Shown here one piece after another: positions 24,827 to 37,849 of a DNA stretch of 64,000 nucleotides. The stretch is from NCBI GenBank assembly GCA_010015805.1, contig ML978130.1, positions 930,001 through 994,000 on the forward strand, in the 5' to 3' direction. Below the pieces are notes generated by a model that made no database searches, was not told where the DNA came from, and saw only the letters and a program-made list of their open reading frames with translations. Source of the DNA: Rhizodiscina lignyota (Eukaryota). How positions within the stretch are numbered: position 1 is the first letter of the stretch; every line of letters begins with the position of its first letter. A program made the translations under genes and the position numbers.

Positions 24827-27693
24827 ATGGCGGAAATTGTAGCACTTGCGGCAAGCATTATCAGCATCGTTCAAATCGCGGACAGGGTCGTTGCCCTGTG
24901 TCGAGGATTCATCAAGGCTTCCAAGGATGCTCCGCACGACCTACGGCTGATTATGATAGAAGTATCATCGGTGAAGTGTATCTTGGATGCCCTCCATCTT
25001 CTGTTAGACTCTGGCAGCTCGGTATCTCTGGTCTATTTGCAAGGCCCAGATGGCCCTGTAGAGGGATGTCGACGGTGCCTTGATGAGCTGGAGGCGCTAT
25101 TTCCAGCGGATTATCTGGAAACATCAAAGAGGAAACGACAGAAGGTTAGAGCTATGCTTGCTTGGCCCTTGCGAGAGAGTACAGCTCGAAAGCTACTCGA
25201 TGAACTTGGGCGGTAACAAAGCTTCGCTGAACCTTGCAATAACGGAAGACAATTTGTAAGCCCGCTTCTCTCATTTCTGGTTGACAATATAACCCTGGAA
25301 GGCTGAGCGTTACGGAGAAACACTCCACGTGCAGGCAATGAAGCTTACATATGTGCGTAGCCATTTGAACAAGGAAACAAGAAGAGACGTTCGTGGAATT
25401 CGGAAGACCTTGAGCGATTCACAGAAAGCTGAAGTACTTGATTGGCTGCAGCATACCAACCCTTCCAGGAGACACAATACAATGCGTGCACTACATGAGC
25501 CACACACATGCCAATGGGTGCGTCGTACAGAGGAGTGATTGAAATGGCTCGATGGCTCCTCTCTGCAGCGCCTTTTATGGATCTATGGCGTTCCTGGGGC
25601 AGGAAAGACAGTCTTGGCAGCCTTTCTTGTCGAAGAGGTGAAGAGATGGATTCAACAGAATGCGCTTCCACGTCATAATCTGGCTTACTATTACTGTTAC
25701 TATGCTCACAACCAGGATGAAGCACTCCCGTTTCTGAGATGGGTCCTGTCACAGCTGCTCCGAGAAGCTGATCATATGCCAAAAGATGCCTACGAGCTGT
25801 TTAACAAGCGTCACCATCCGGACCTGAGGGCACTGCTTAACGGATTGGAGGGAGTCCTACAGTACTTCGATACTGTGCTCATTATTCTTGATGCCATCGA
25901 TGAGAGCTCACCCCGCAATGAACTTCTGTATGTTTTGCGTCTACTGTCTACCGAGCCACGGTTCCGAAAGATCAGGATTCTAGCTACGAGCCGGGAGTAT
26001 CAGGAGATAAAAGAAGCTCTAAATAATATCTCTATGCCTCTTTCAATGGCAAATCCGCTAGCACAGGAGGATATTGCGCGCTATGTTCGTCAATCCCTTA
26101 GGTCCTCCACACAATTCAAGCATTGGCCAGAATCCCTACTGCAAGAGACCGAGGATACATTGGCGGAAAGGGCAAAGGGCATGTACGGATAAGTATATTC
26201 CCGCTTGGTGTGGCTCTGCTAATATTTGTATAAGGTTTCGATGGGCAGTCTGTCAGATCGATAGACTCTCACGACTTTACACGGCCAGTAATGTCCGGAA
26301 AGCTCTCGTAACGTTGCCAAAGACCCTTGACGAGACTTATGAACGTGTCCTGTCAGAAATTGCAGAGGAGTATCAGACCACGGTGAAGGCAGTTCTTTTG
26401 AATATCTGCGCCCACGAAGACATACACGCAACCATGCAGCGGCCTATTCCCGTCGACGTCCTCCTTAACGTTATCAGTAACTCTGAGGGAGAATCTTTCC
26501 ATAACCGGGAGACGTTGCAGTTCATTTGCGGCTGTCTGGTTAATATATCACCAGCCGTCTGCCCGAATTTCAGGCATGATAACTTCTTAGCAATTTCCCT
26601 TGCGCATTATACTGTTCGAGAGTTTCTCTACTCCGAGAGAATTGCATCAAGTTCGGTATCTTTCTTTACCTTGGGCGACGACATTACAAGACCAACATAT
26701 GCTCGAACAATGTTCTGCAATGCCCTGATATCTCGGACATACTCTCGAGACGAAGCCAAGCTTCACAAGTCGAGCGGGTATTCGGTGAAGATTAGCTCCA
26801 TGATAGGTCTCGAGTGGCCGGAGGTACTTCTTGCTGATATGGAGCTCTATGGATATGCTATCGACCTATACAGTACTTTTCAAAAACAGCGTTCCTTAAT
26901 GGAACAGATGTGTTCGGGGTGCGGGTCTTCAGCCGATTATAGCTTCAAGAGTTTCTTAGATCTCGAGTGGATTACTCCGCTTGAGAATGACGATGTCCGA
27001 ATTTTGGCAAATCTTCTCGTGGACACCCAAGTGGAACTGGCTCGGCACTTCATCAGAGGCAAAGACGCTCTCGCGCTCCTCACAAGCCAGTTCGACGTCC
27101 TTGTGCCACAAACTTGGTCGGGCCTTTGTACGGACATTACGGTCTATCGCGCAAAGGTTCTCAACTTGTTCACACTTTCAGCTTCCCTTGATTTTGATGA
27201 GATAATGAGGCTCAGCTGGACTATTAGTGCCGTTGACTCTCACACGTGGGTTTATCTCATTGTGTCTGGTCGTGTGTTCAACTGGCAATGCTCTTTTCAG
27301 GGAATGGAGTCGGAATTGGATGAGCCTATCCCGGGTAGCTCATGGCGGATGTTTGAGCATATCGTAGACTTAGTCGATCCAAATGAGGTGGACTATTTCA
27401 AAACGCCTCTGCAAGTCGCAGTCGAACATAATAACCACTTTATGGTTGAATTTCTTCTTTTTCACAGCAACAATCCGGATCGTTCGAAGAAAACGGATCC
27501 GAACGCTGTTGGAACACCTCATGGCAAACACGTGGACGGGATGAGCACACAGTGGAACGATGCATCGCCACTTTTCATCTGTCGGAAAATGATGCAAAGT
27601 GGAGACCCAGGCGAGCAGGCAGCTCAAAGAAAGATCGAAGCTATCCTTCTGAAGCATGGAGCGAAAGAGTTTTGTGTTAGATTTGATGAATAG
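24827..27693 (+). pseudogene. Fungal NLR-like STAND gene (HeLo-like N-terminal domain, NACHT, degenerate ankyrin-like tail) with a frameshift and a premature stop
   Basis: N-terminus MAEIVALAASIISIVQIADRVVALC..DAPHDLRLIMIEVSS..LAWPLRES. Walker A GVPGAGKT, Walker B IILDAIDES, ILATSR, GM-FRWAVCQID, LPKTLDETYERVL, LAHYTVREFL. Lesions: +1 nt at ~25215 (CGGTAACAAA) and TGA at 25536-25538 where Trp is expected. Confidence 0.8.
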
Positions 27694-28049
27694 GTATGAT
27701 GTGTATTCTGGATGGGATTCGAATACCCTCAGCCAACAATGACAGCTTTGATATCACACGGGTTCAAGCAAAGCAGAAGGAGAATAAGTATAGCTCGAAG
27801 ACAGATTCTGGAAGACTACGATGAAGTCCATACATAGAAGAGCGAACTTCGTGAAAAGTATTTCATTGTGAGACTATGCGGAGGCATTGTCACGAGGTAA
27901 AGATGGAAATCGCAATATAATTATGACACCAATTCAGCTAAGGTTCCCCGCATCTCCACGCGACGCAACGTGTTCCAACAGCACAGTTACGTTTGACTGT
28001 ATATAAACACTCCCGCGCCTTAATTGAGGCGCAAATACAACTTACAACA

Positions 28050-28864
28050 ATGCATTCGACTCTGGTACGTGGGCAGAATGTATTCGGTTTCTTCACAACC
28101 GTCGCATTCAGCATTGCCGCCGTCATCGCTGTCTCTGTCTTCCTATTCCCTCAGAACCCGTCGGCGAAGCTTCAGATGCGCAATGTCCAGGTTGTGAAAG
28201 GCCGCCCACATTATTACAGCTCGAAGAGGGAAGAGTATGCGCATGTCAAGTTTGACCTTGATATGGGTAAGTCAAATTTGATTCAGCTTGGGGGTTTTTC
28301 TATCGATTGTAAACAGACATTCAACTGATTGTCGTTGTAGACTTGAGCAGCCTCTACAACTGGAACACGAAACAAGTCTTCATCTGGGTCACCGCTAAAT
28401 ACCCATCCGAGTCTCCCACAGAACCCATGACCGAAGCCGTCATCTGGGACGCCATCCTCCCTTCTCCCTCTGAGCCCTGGCACCACAACCAATACGTCCA
28501 CTACAAGCCCTCACCCTCATCCTCCTCCAGAACGCTGAAGTCGAAGAAGCCGTCGAACGGCACTCCAGGCATACTTAAGCTTAAGGGTCAGAGACCGAAA
28601 TACCAAATCACAGATGCGGCGGGCAAGATTGCGGAGCGCGCAAACTGCACACTGGAGCTGAATTGGAATGTGCAGCCGTGGGTCGGTGCGCTGACGTGGA
28701 CAAATCGGGGGGACTATGGGCTGTGGAAGGGCTTGACAGGAGGGAGGAGCAAGAGCTTCGATTTCCCGGGTTTGAAGAGCAAGGGTGAGGCGGCTGGTGC
28801 TACGAAGGAGGAGGATTTGAAGACTATGAAGGGTGCAGAGGCGAACAGAGGGAAGCCCGCTTGA
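28050..28864 (+). CDS. SPC3: Signal peptidase complex subunit 3 (SPC22/23)
   Basis: MHSTLVRGQNVFGFFTTVAF..KGRPHYYSSKREEYAHVKFDLD-(intron 28267-28340)-LSSLYNWNTKQVFIWVTAKY..AVIWDAI..LNWNVQPWVGAL. Confidence 0.92.
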
Positions 28865-29138
28865 TTCAGCTCTATTTTGAATACAGCATTGCATGGCGTT
28901 GGTAAGTTTTGAAAAAGCATTAGAATGCCAGATGTGGCTTGCTGATTATATATTACAGGATGGTCGGTATTAAGGACAGTGAAGAATTAGATATTAAAAG
29001 GAATGGAAATGGCATGTGAAACGCAAAACTCCGAAACTAAGAGCGCCATGGTGTTTCCATCTGCCGAGCCCTTGATCGCTTTCATAGATGCTAGTCATCC
29101 CTCATCCAGTCACTGAACGCCAAAGATTATGAGGAAAT

Positions 29139-29684
29139 CTACTGGTAGGTGATGAAAGGACCGCCAGTAGCAGAGTCCCACTCAATGTCGTCGACATCGC
29201 CAACGCCGACAAGCTCACCGGCCAAGAGCTGGCCAGCCGGGCAGGGAAAGCTGATGTGGGTGGTGATGCCGTCCGCACCAGGGGTAGCCTCCTCGCCAAG
29301 GGCAGCCTGGAAGCGACCGACGTACTGGTCCCTCAGGTTGCCATTAGGCCAAGTGGTCGTGCTGGTCGTGGCGGGTGCAAGGCTGGTGAAGAGGTCGAAC
29401 TTGCCGGTGCCGCTCAGCGTGGCATCGGACGGCAGGGAGAAGTGGAACGTGCAGGTCAGGCCATCAGCACTGGATGGGATGTCGAAGGTGCCGAGGGTGG
29501 TGATGTCAGAGGACTGGCCGTTGTTCTTGAAGATCACGCCGGTCTCGGTGTTGAAGTCAATCGCACCGGTCGAGACAGTGTACTGCGAGATGACTTCGGG
29601 CTCGATGGTGGTGGACCGCTTGGTCGGGACGGCGGAGGTGAGAGCGAGGAGGGAGAGGAAGGATGCTGCGATGGTGGCCTTCAT
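29139..29684 (-). CDS. Secreted protein with But2 (ubiquitin 3 binding protein But2 C-terminal)-like domain
   Basis: Signal peptide MKATIAASFLSLLALTSA, Kex2-like KR, DITTLGTFDIPSSADGLTCTFHFSLP, two Cys; strong codon bias; TATA-like element ~29819-29826 on the minus strand. Confidence 0.8.
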   Translation of the reverse strand: MKATIAASFLSLLALTSAVPTKRSTTIEPEVISQYTVSTGAIDFNTETGVIFKNNGQSSDITTLGTFDIPSSADGLTCTFHFSLPSDATLSGTGKFDLFTSLAPATTSTTTWPNGNLRDQYVGRFQAALGEEATPGADGITTHISFPCPAGQLLAGELVGVGDVDDIEWDSATGGPFITYQ

Positions 29685-31730
29685 CTTGAAGTTTGGGTTA
29701 AGTTTCCGTATAGGACTGGAAAGGGAGAACGATTTAAATGTTGGAAGTGAGACGATTGATTGTTAGATGAGATCTTGCTGATGGGGATGATCGTCTTCTG
29801 CTTCAAGATCTGGGGTCTTTATATATCCCAAATATCCTGCCTCATGCTCACAATTAGGCACCTGGCAGAGCCTCTGCGAGAGGGCGTGTAAAACATCAAT
29901 GCCACCGTATCCGTGAGAAGCGTTTCTCGGCATGTCTTAGCAATCCAGTCGAGGGCGCCAGCTGCATCACGAGTGCCGCCGGAATAAGGCAGCAAACAGC
30001 AAAAGCCTCCACATCTTCAAGCACGGCAATGCAACAGAGGCTCAGATGGCGCAAATATCAGCTTCTGCAATTCGCTTGAGGGAGCTCGGCCATTGGCTGG
30101 CATCTTCCTCAGCCCTATCTGGGCGCTTTCTATCATTGGTACCGGATCTGGATTAGCGTATTTACTCCGCGTTGGACCGCACCTTTTTACGGACGGCTCA
30201 GCCACGCAGGGCGCCGACATTGTTACTCGAGTTTGGCCCTCATGACAAACGCAAACTTGAACACGTCGCGCAGCTGTGCATTCGAGCGCTTGGCGCATCT
30301 ATTTCGGGGCCGATGCGCGCTATAGCTGTACTCAAACGATTCTCGAGAGCACGATTGTCACCGCACAATCTGACGACTGCACATATCCTCCGAGCGAGCA
30401 AACGTAGCATCTTCGTACTGTCCTGCTTCACCGACTACAAGCCGAGGCTGTGAGGGACGACATCGCTCTTCGCTTGTTATTTGTTGTTTGGCGCGAACTC
30501 GCGCGATGGAGGTCTCATCCAGCCTCGTTTCATGAGGTTCACATTTATGTCACCGAAGGAGGCAAAGGCTCGAAGGTCCCTCTGCACGGCGACTTTTTCT
30601 TAGTGAGACTGTTCAACCCGGGCCTGTTGGATGGTCAATTCTATGCGACCGCAATCCGCAGCACCATTTTTCTATACCGAAGGCGTCTCGCCGCTGTTTT
30701 GCAGGAAGTTGCGTGCTGACAGCGGGCCAATTGACCGTCACTCCAACAGGCGTTTACGCGGAGAACTTGGAAGAGATACTTCCAGACGAGCTTACCATCG
30801 AAAGGCTTTGCTATCTTCCGGCCCCGAGACATGGACACGCAAGCAGGTCGTAAACTACTTGTGTGTTTCTCTGCTTATAGCATATGCGCATCACATGTTT
30901 GCCTTGCACCATCTGTAAGTGATGGCGAGGCAGACTTGCAGATAGAAACGGATGGAGTTGATTTGCCTTTCCCTATTCTGTATTTTGAAGGCAACCACAA
31001 ATCGAATATCTTATCCCAGCCTCGTCTTGTCTCCTTCGATGTCTGCCGTTTCAGTCAAGACCTACGCCTCAATACGCTATCGTTTTAGATGTAGAGCCTG
31101 TGTTATTTTTCAGTTGCGTTTGATGTCGAAGGGAATTTCGCTCTCAGGCTCTACAGCGATTGTCAGTCTTTTGTTCGATACTGACATTTTAAGAGAATTG
31201 TCTCTTTGTATTTCTTATCCGGATCTCATCGGGAGGTTTTTTCTCTCTAATGCATTCGGGGCCTGAGTTGTGTTGGCATACGGTCCGAACAAGATGGATG
31301 ATGTCAGCCGGCACGCTTCAGAAGAAGTACCTTTTCTCCGACCGAGGCCTCGAAGGCAGTCGTGAGCCGACTAATTAAAATGTCCTTGACACACCATTCT
31401 TTCTAGAGACTAGTTGATATGGAATCACCGTTGAACGTGGTACCCACGAGCGACTTATGGGCTTGCTCCTTTCAAAGCAATACTCGAATCGACAAATTAA
31501 ATGGTTCTTCACCACCATTCCATTCTTCAAATTCAGCTAAATGCAATTGAGCTATCGTCAGCTTCTCCGCTAGGTCGTAAGATCAACGCCCAAAACCTCC
31601 ATGCAGTCTACCTTGTGCGATAGAGGTATGACTTCAGGTTTGTATAAGAGGGACGGCACTTTCAATCGTGATTACAGTCTCAGCGCCAGGGCTTTCATTC
31701 ATCAATTCGTGATTTGCACCTTGTTGACAA

Positions 31731-32724
31731 ATGGCGCCAAAAAGACTCATAGATGACCTCCCAGACAGACCTCGGACGAGACCCATGAAAGTCCTTCTGC
31801 TTGGCGATCCGAGGACAGGAACAACAAGTCGGCATTATCACCTCTTCCGCATTAACGAATTATGCTAATGCTTATATCCAGCACTCCACCACACCCTTAC
31901 CGAGCTCGGCTTTCATGTATACCACCATGCCGATTTGATTCAGGATGTGCCACGCATAAAGCGTGACTACGAGCTCTGGACTGACGCATTCGACGCGAAC
32001 TTCAACGGAAAGGGGAAACGCTGGGGCAAGAGAGAGTTCGAAAGAATACTCTACGATTACGATGTTAGTATCTTGTATCCTTTCTTTGTTGGAGGATTCG
32101 ATTATCACAATGCTACGTGATTATAACGCAGACCAGGTCATTGGCGACATCCCGCTGTCTGTCTTTGTCGATGACCTCCTTGTAGCGTATCCCGACGCGA
32201 AGGTCATCCTCACGAATCGGCCCGCGAAGAGCTGGTACGGGTCCATGAGACGGACGATATTGCGATGGCACATGTCCCCACTCATCCGGTTCATCGCATA
32301 TTTCGATCACGATATATTCGGTCCTCTATTCGCCGCCACGAATCCATGCATCAATCTTTTCACCGGTGACGATTGGAGAGGTGAGAAGGGGGCAATGAAA
32401 GCGTACAACGAGCACTATGAGCATGTGAGACGTGCATGCAGAGCAGGGGGAAGGGAATTGTTGGAGTACAACCAACCGTACGAGTACGGACCGCTGTGCG
32501 AGTTCCTCAATATAGAAGCACCAAAGGAAGATTATCCAGTTGCGAATTCGACGAAGGATTCAAACGCTTTGTATACATGGGCGTTGAAGTTGGTCCTGAT
32601 TGGCTTTGCTATCAAAACAGCAAAGGCTCTCGTGCCGCTGGCAGTCGTTGGGGCGGCTTCGTGGTTGGCGTTGAAGAAAGGACTTCTTCCTGAAGTGATA
32701 GAAAATAAATTTGCGTTGTCATAG
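31731..32724 (+). CDS. P-loop sulfotransferase-like protein (Sulfotransfer_4 type) with C-terminal TM, 3 exons
   Basis: RTRPMKVLLLGDPRTGTT, YPDAKVILTNRPAKSWYGSM, YNEHYEHVRR, PLCEFLNIEAPKEDYP; two introns (~31828-31881, ~32064-32130). Confidence 0.82.
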
Positions 32725-33928
32725 GTGAAGGAGGGTATAAGATGAGTTTGACATCGAGTACGATCCCGTCAAGTCCTTTTGCCGTTGGGTGTCAATTGTG
32801 GAGTAAAAACACTTCTCTCTTGCTACTTTGGTAGCTTGAACCCTGGGTAAATACAATTTCAAGTTGATCGATTAGTTAATTGCCAACTCTAACTGGGAAG
32901 TTCGCAACTGCCATTGGGCGTCCCAACGTCAGGTGAGACGGGGAATTTGGCCGAGAGTGGAGTAGCACCGCCACCTGCAGTGATAGAATACTAATCGACA
33001 ACAGTTTAATCAAAGGCTAGCTGATCCCGTATCGTATAGTTGGAGAATGGCGGAGACTGTGTGGAAGCTGTAATATCTCCGGATTACCCAATGCATAATC
33101 ATCCCCACCCCCCACAATCTCGCCCGAGTGCCCGACTTTACCCCTGATTGCGAGCTGAACCTCTGGTAGTCTGTCAGCACCCACCTCCCACTACACCCCA
33201 CGATTAACTTTCCTTTTTTTTGTGTATATATACTCACCGTTGTGCCCCTGGGCTATTCCTAAACGTATTTCTTCAATTCATTATATTTCCTGCAACATTG
33301 GGCGGAATAATATTGGACTTTTAGGTACACTATGGCTGCTGTAGTCATCCTGACAACTCAGTCATCCAAATTACTGGGTCCAATTCGTACTCCAATCATT
33401 ACCAGTTAGGCATCTTTCCCTAGTTTAAATTCTCAACATACGTATCCGTAGCGGTTACTCTGCTTGGTTTCAAAGTACGGTGTCTTGCTCACGCGACTTG
33501 GATCTTTCTGGTCTATCTCCGGCTGTTTCGGTTGTCTTGCCCCTTGGACTTCTCAAATTCCTGCAGATCTGCGTCATTGTTTCTAGCTTCTAGCTAGTCT
33601 ATTCTGTACCATTTTCTCAAGCTTGATATCGAGATTATGTGAGATTAACAACTAACCATTTCTCGATCAATGGATCGACGGAATTCGAGGGAAAATCGAA
33701 CAGATGTCAGACAAGAGTCCGTCAACAGCGTATTCCTTCAAGGCAGTACCGGATATCCGTTCAATTCAGAATCCTAATACCTGAATATGACATATATGAA
33801 ACTGAAGGTATAAAAGAGCCCGCGTCTCGCGATCATTATGCAGTTCATACTGTGTACTGTGCCTCCTCAACTATCAACAGTATCTCGATTAAAATAGTCC
33901 CCTTTTCATTGTATCCCTATTCTTCATC

Positions 33929-34366
33929 ATGAAGCCCACCAGCATTCTTGTCATTGCAGCTACCGCCCTCTTAAGTGCTGCCCCAAGCTTGGCCCAATCT
34001 CCTGGCGACATCATTGCCGGGACTTGTATATCCCACGCTGGTGGAGTTTGTGGCGAGCAATCGGGCGGTTGCATAGTTAACGGCGCCCCTCATTGCTGTA
34101 GCGGGAGAATTAATGTATGAAATAACCCACCTTGTAGCCCCTAAGTCTCGTATGAGAAGACTCCACCATATGAGGACGAGTGCTAATCAAGTGACTACCA
34201 GTGCAACACAAACCAATGTGTCCAGGTCTTCCCTGATGAGATAGACTGTGATATCATAGGAGATTGCAGTCAAGAAGGTATTGAAAATGGTAAATGCACT
34301 TTTGTAAGTGCTCTAACGCTCTGAGTTGACATATGAGGATATTAACCACGTGTCTAGGGAAACTGA
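33929..34366 (+). CDS. Small secreted cysteine-rich protein (98 aa, 10 Cys, knottin-like core), 3 exons
   Basis: Exons 33929-34114, 34202-34303, 34358-34366; phase-0 introns GTATGA..GCTAAT..CAG and GTAAGT..ATTAAC..TAG; signal peptide MKPTSILVIAATALLSAAPSLA; TATAAAA at ~33809. Confidence 0.8.
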
Positions 34367-34869
34367 GCTACTCCCTCTAGCGTCAGGGTTTCTATGGAGG
34401 GGGATACGCTACCGTTTTCGCTTTTTTCAAAGGGTAACTAAAAGCTTTGTACTCATAAATGGATGGCAATGGCTTCGGGTTTTCAGTGGCATCGTGTCAC
34501 TGTACTATGTGAGCTGTTATTACTGTCCCATTGTTGGGACGTGTCCGGAGGATCTCAATGTTCACTCACCTGCAATTGGTAGTCTCAAACGATCGGTCAT
34601 GAACATCACACTATCGTGAATAGGAGATATATATAGACCAATCTTATACAAAACAATGAGTCATAAAAGGCTCTCTTGCCGATGGCTGCCTCTTTTGAAA
34701 CGTGACAGAACAGAGTTCAGAATGGACAAGAGTGAGCATGGGCTGTAAGCGGATACAAAGATCCGAGGCTTTTAATTTGGATATCGGTAGGGATAATGAA
34801 CGTGACAAGTCCTGTGGCTTCCAGGCCTGCAGCCTCTTCACATCCATCTCGCCTGACGCTGTTCCGAGT

Positions 34870-35404
34870 CTACTGTTCTGCCCTTGCGGCATACTCGGCC
34901 TCAGGGACCTCCTCCATCCAAGTTGTCTTGCCGTGGCTAACGGCCATGTGGCACATGTAGCTGCCCTCATCAGCGCCATGCCAGTGAACGGTACCCGCTG
35001 GACACCAGACGACATCTCCGTTCGCGAGACGCTTCGGCTTGCCGCCCCTCTCGCACACCCAGCCTGCACCTGCGACGACCTTCAGCAGCTGGCCGTTCTC
35101 GTGGTGGTGCCAGTACGTGCGCGCCGAGGGCGTGAAGAAGACGTGCTGGATGGCAATGGTGGTATCACGGTGGCCCATGTCCATGTAGACGGTGCCACTG
35201 AAGGTTGCGGAGGGGGCGATGTTGGTGGTCTTGGTGTCTGGAGGAGAGGGACGGCCTCCCTTCATGATAATTGGGGCTGGAGATTGTCCTGTCATATATA
35301 GCTGTTAGCACCCTGTCCCAAATAGCGCGGTGGTGCCATCAAGGTATGGGAATGCCGTCCTCAACACCATCAGGGTATGCAGGTATCGTCCTCTTACCGG
35401 ACAT
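34870..35404 (-). CDS. Cupin-domain protein (Cupin_2)
   Basis: ATGTCCG|GTAAGA intron..GCTAAC..CAG, then VFFTPSARTYWHHHENGQLLKVVAGAGW..GDVVWCPAGTVHWHGA (HxH..H cupin motifs). Confidence 0.87.
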
Positions 35405-35822
35405 TTTGGCTAGCGGTTGGTGGAAATTCTAAGCTGTGATTGCGCAATCAATTGAGGTTATTCAAGATTGGGATAGTTTACTACTAATTCAGGTGCTTCT
35501 TCAGCTATTTACGTCAAATTCGCGGACCCTCACCCCGCGATTTAGATCGTTAACCTGCCCCACATAGCGGATCGCTGACAACCGGGGATAAATACAGGTC
35601 TCTGACGGCCCGTCAGGAACCGTCTAACGGAGCAGCTCTGCATTAACTCCGCGTTGCTTTGTATTCCTGTGTCGAAATTGAAATTAGGGGACAATTTTAA
35701 TTGGTGTGATTAAGTGCGGATTCGCAAGGTTTTAATTGATATTTGCTTCAATTCGCTGCAGATCCCTTGATGGAGCAATGCCAAGCAGAACACCAACATT
35801 CGTCCAATCGCCTCACGTTGCA

Positions 35823-37849
35823 TTAAAACCGTCCGTCGTCCTCTTTAATCATATCAGCGGCCTTCTCTGCGACGGCATACACAGTGGCCATGATATTCCC
35901 ACTGATGTGCGTGGGGAAGACGCTTGCATCCACGATTCTCAACTTCCTGGTCCCTTTGACTAACAATCGTTCATTCACCACTTCGCCCATGGCGGCCGTC
36001 CCGAGTGGATGGTACTGTGTATTACAATGCGATTTGACGTACTCCTTCAGCGTCTCTTCATCATTCAAATCCATATCCTCGGGCGGGTCGTGCCGTCTCT
36101 TAAGGAATTTCGCGAAATCGGGGTGCTCGGACACCTTTAGCAGGTATCGCATGCCGGCCATAAGGAGTTTGAGATCTAATGGGTTGCTAAGATATTGTGG
36201 GTCGATGGTAGGTTGCTGGAAAGGGTCCGCTGAGGCAATGTGAACAGTGCCGCGAGAAAGGGGGTGCTCGAGGCCTATGGCGGACGATATGGCGTACACT
36301 CCTGGCGCATTTTTGGCGAAAAATTCGGGCTGTGAATGTGAGGCGCTCCAGTCGGCTAACGCAGGACAGCAAAAGCATTGGATGGTAGCGAAAGTTGGGT
36401 CAGCCAGTTGCTTGGAAATAATCTGCAACGCCATCCTTAGTAATTGTGAATAGTACAAATAAAATATGGAAGCTGACCTGTTGCTGTGCTTTCCCGAAGG
36501 ATGTCTGAGCTGTCGAATCATTCTCGAGTTCGTTTAGAGTCTGCTGCAGTTCCTCTTTGCTAACGATGGACTCGTAGGACTTGAACCCCATGAGCATGAA
36601 TGGGTTAGAAAACATGCCTTTGCCGGTACTCAAAAATAGGTCTTGCTGCTCTTGTAGGAAATCCATTTCGTTCAACGCATCGAAAGACAGGTATCCGTCT
36701 TTGAGATCGTACGATGCACCAGAAATAATGTGGTCCTGGAGATTGGCACCAACCATTTTGTTGTCGACAACACAATCGATACCGACCTTCTTCAGCACAT
36801 CTGGATCGCCAATACCTGAGAGCTCAAGCAATTGCGGCGTTTTAAACACACCAGTTGCAAGAACGACTTCCTTGACAGCCTTAATTTCGTAAGACTTCCC
36901 GCCATGCGTAAACGCAACACCTTGCGCTTCCGTTCCATTTAGTAAAATCTTTGTCGCATATGCTTCCGTGAGAACTTTCAGATTCGGTCGACCAAGATTC
37001 GGTTGCAGGTACCCTGTCGCCGCATAGCTCCTTGTGCCAGGCTTATCAGAGCGATCTATGGCAGCCAAGCTTGAGTATACGCCAATGTGATCACCACCGT
37101 ACGCATCGATGAGAGTCTTGGGCCTACCACTAATCTTATCGGTGACTTTGACGAATGCTTCTTCATATTCGAAAACCTCCTCGTTGAAACTCGTGTGAAT
37201 TGGGCCATCGCTGCCTTGGACTTGGGCCGCCAGTGCATGAGGCCGGAAAGTAGGGTCCTTGTGTGCGATCGGAGGAAGATCAAGCTTCTGGTGCTTGCGG
37301 AAATAAGGCAAGAGGCCTTCCCAGTCCCAACCATCGCCACCGAACTTTGCCCACTCGTTGTAGTCATTCTTCGAGCCCCGCACATACATGACTATATTGT
37401 ACAGACAAATTAGTACATCTCAAAAGTCACCATCTGCATCTTAGAACAACTTACGATAGTTGATGGCGCTCGAGCCACCCAAGCATTTCCCGCGCGGTTG
37501 AGCAAAAAGTTTGTTGTTAGCGCCAGCCTATAATGTTTTCAGAAATCGCGCCTTGCATGACATAGAGAGGACAGAATACCTGAGGCACGCTCATCATCAT
37601 CCAATCGTAGGCCTCGCGACCAATAATGAGAGAGAAGGCATTCGGCGTCATTATCATCGGGTCATCCATCAGGTTCGGCCCGGCTTCGATGACACCGACT
37701 CGGACATCGGGATTCTCGGTCAGACGCGCGGCAACCACGAGACCAGACGTTCCTCCACCGACAATGACATAATCGTACGACTGAGACACAAACTCCTCCA
37801 CGCTACACAGAGCGGTGTTTGGGCGGCTCTCCGTGCGAGATTCCGCCAT
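35823..37849 (-). CDS. GMC oxidoreductase (FAD-dependent alcohol oxidase/dehydrogenase family), 4 exons
   Basis: YDYVIVGGGTSGLVVAARLTE, QPRGKCLGGSSAINY, TPQLLELSGIG, VGANLQDH, YHPLGTAAM, LRIVDASVFP, SGNIMATVYAVAEKAAD (His/Asn catalytic pair). Confidence 0.93.

Noticed and set aside
29900..31700. Short ORFs between the But2-like and sulfotransferase-like genes
   Set aside because: No coding bias or motifs; treated as intergenic/promoter sequence
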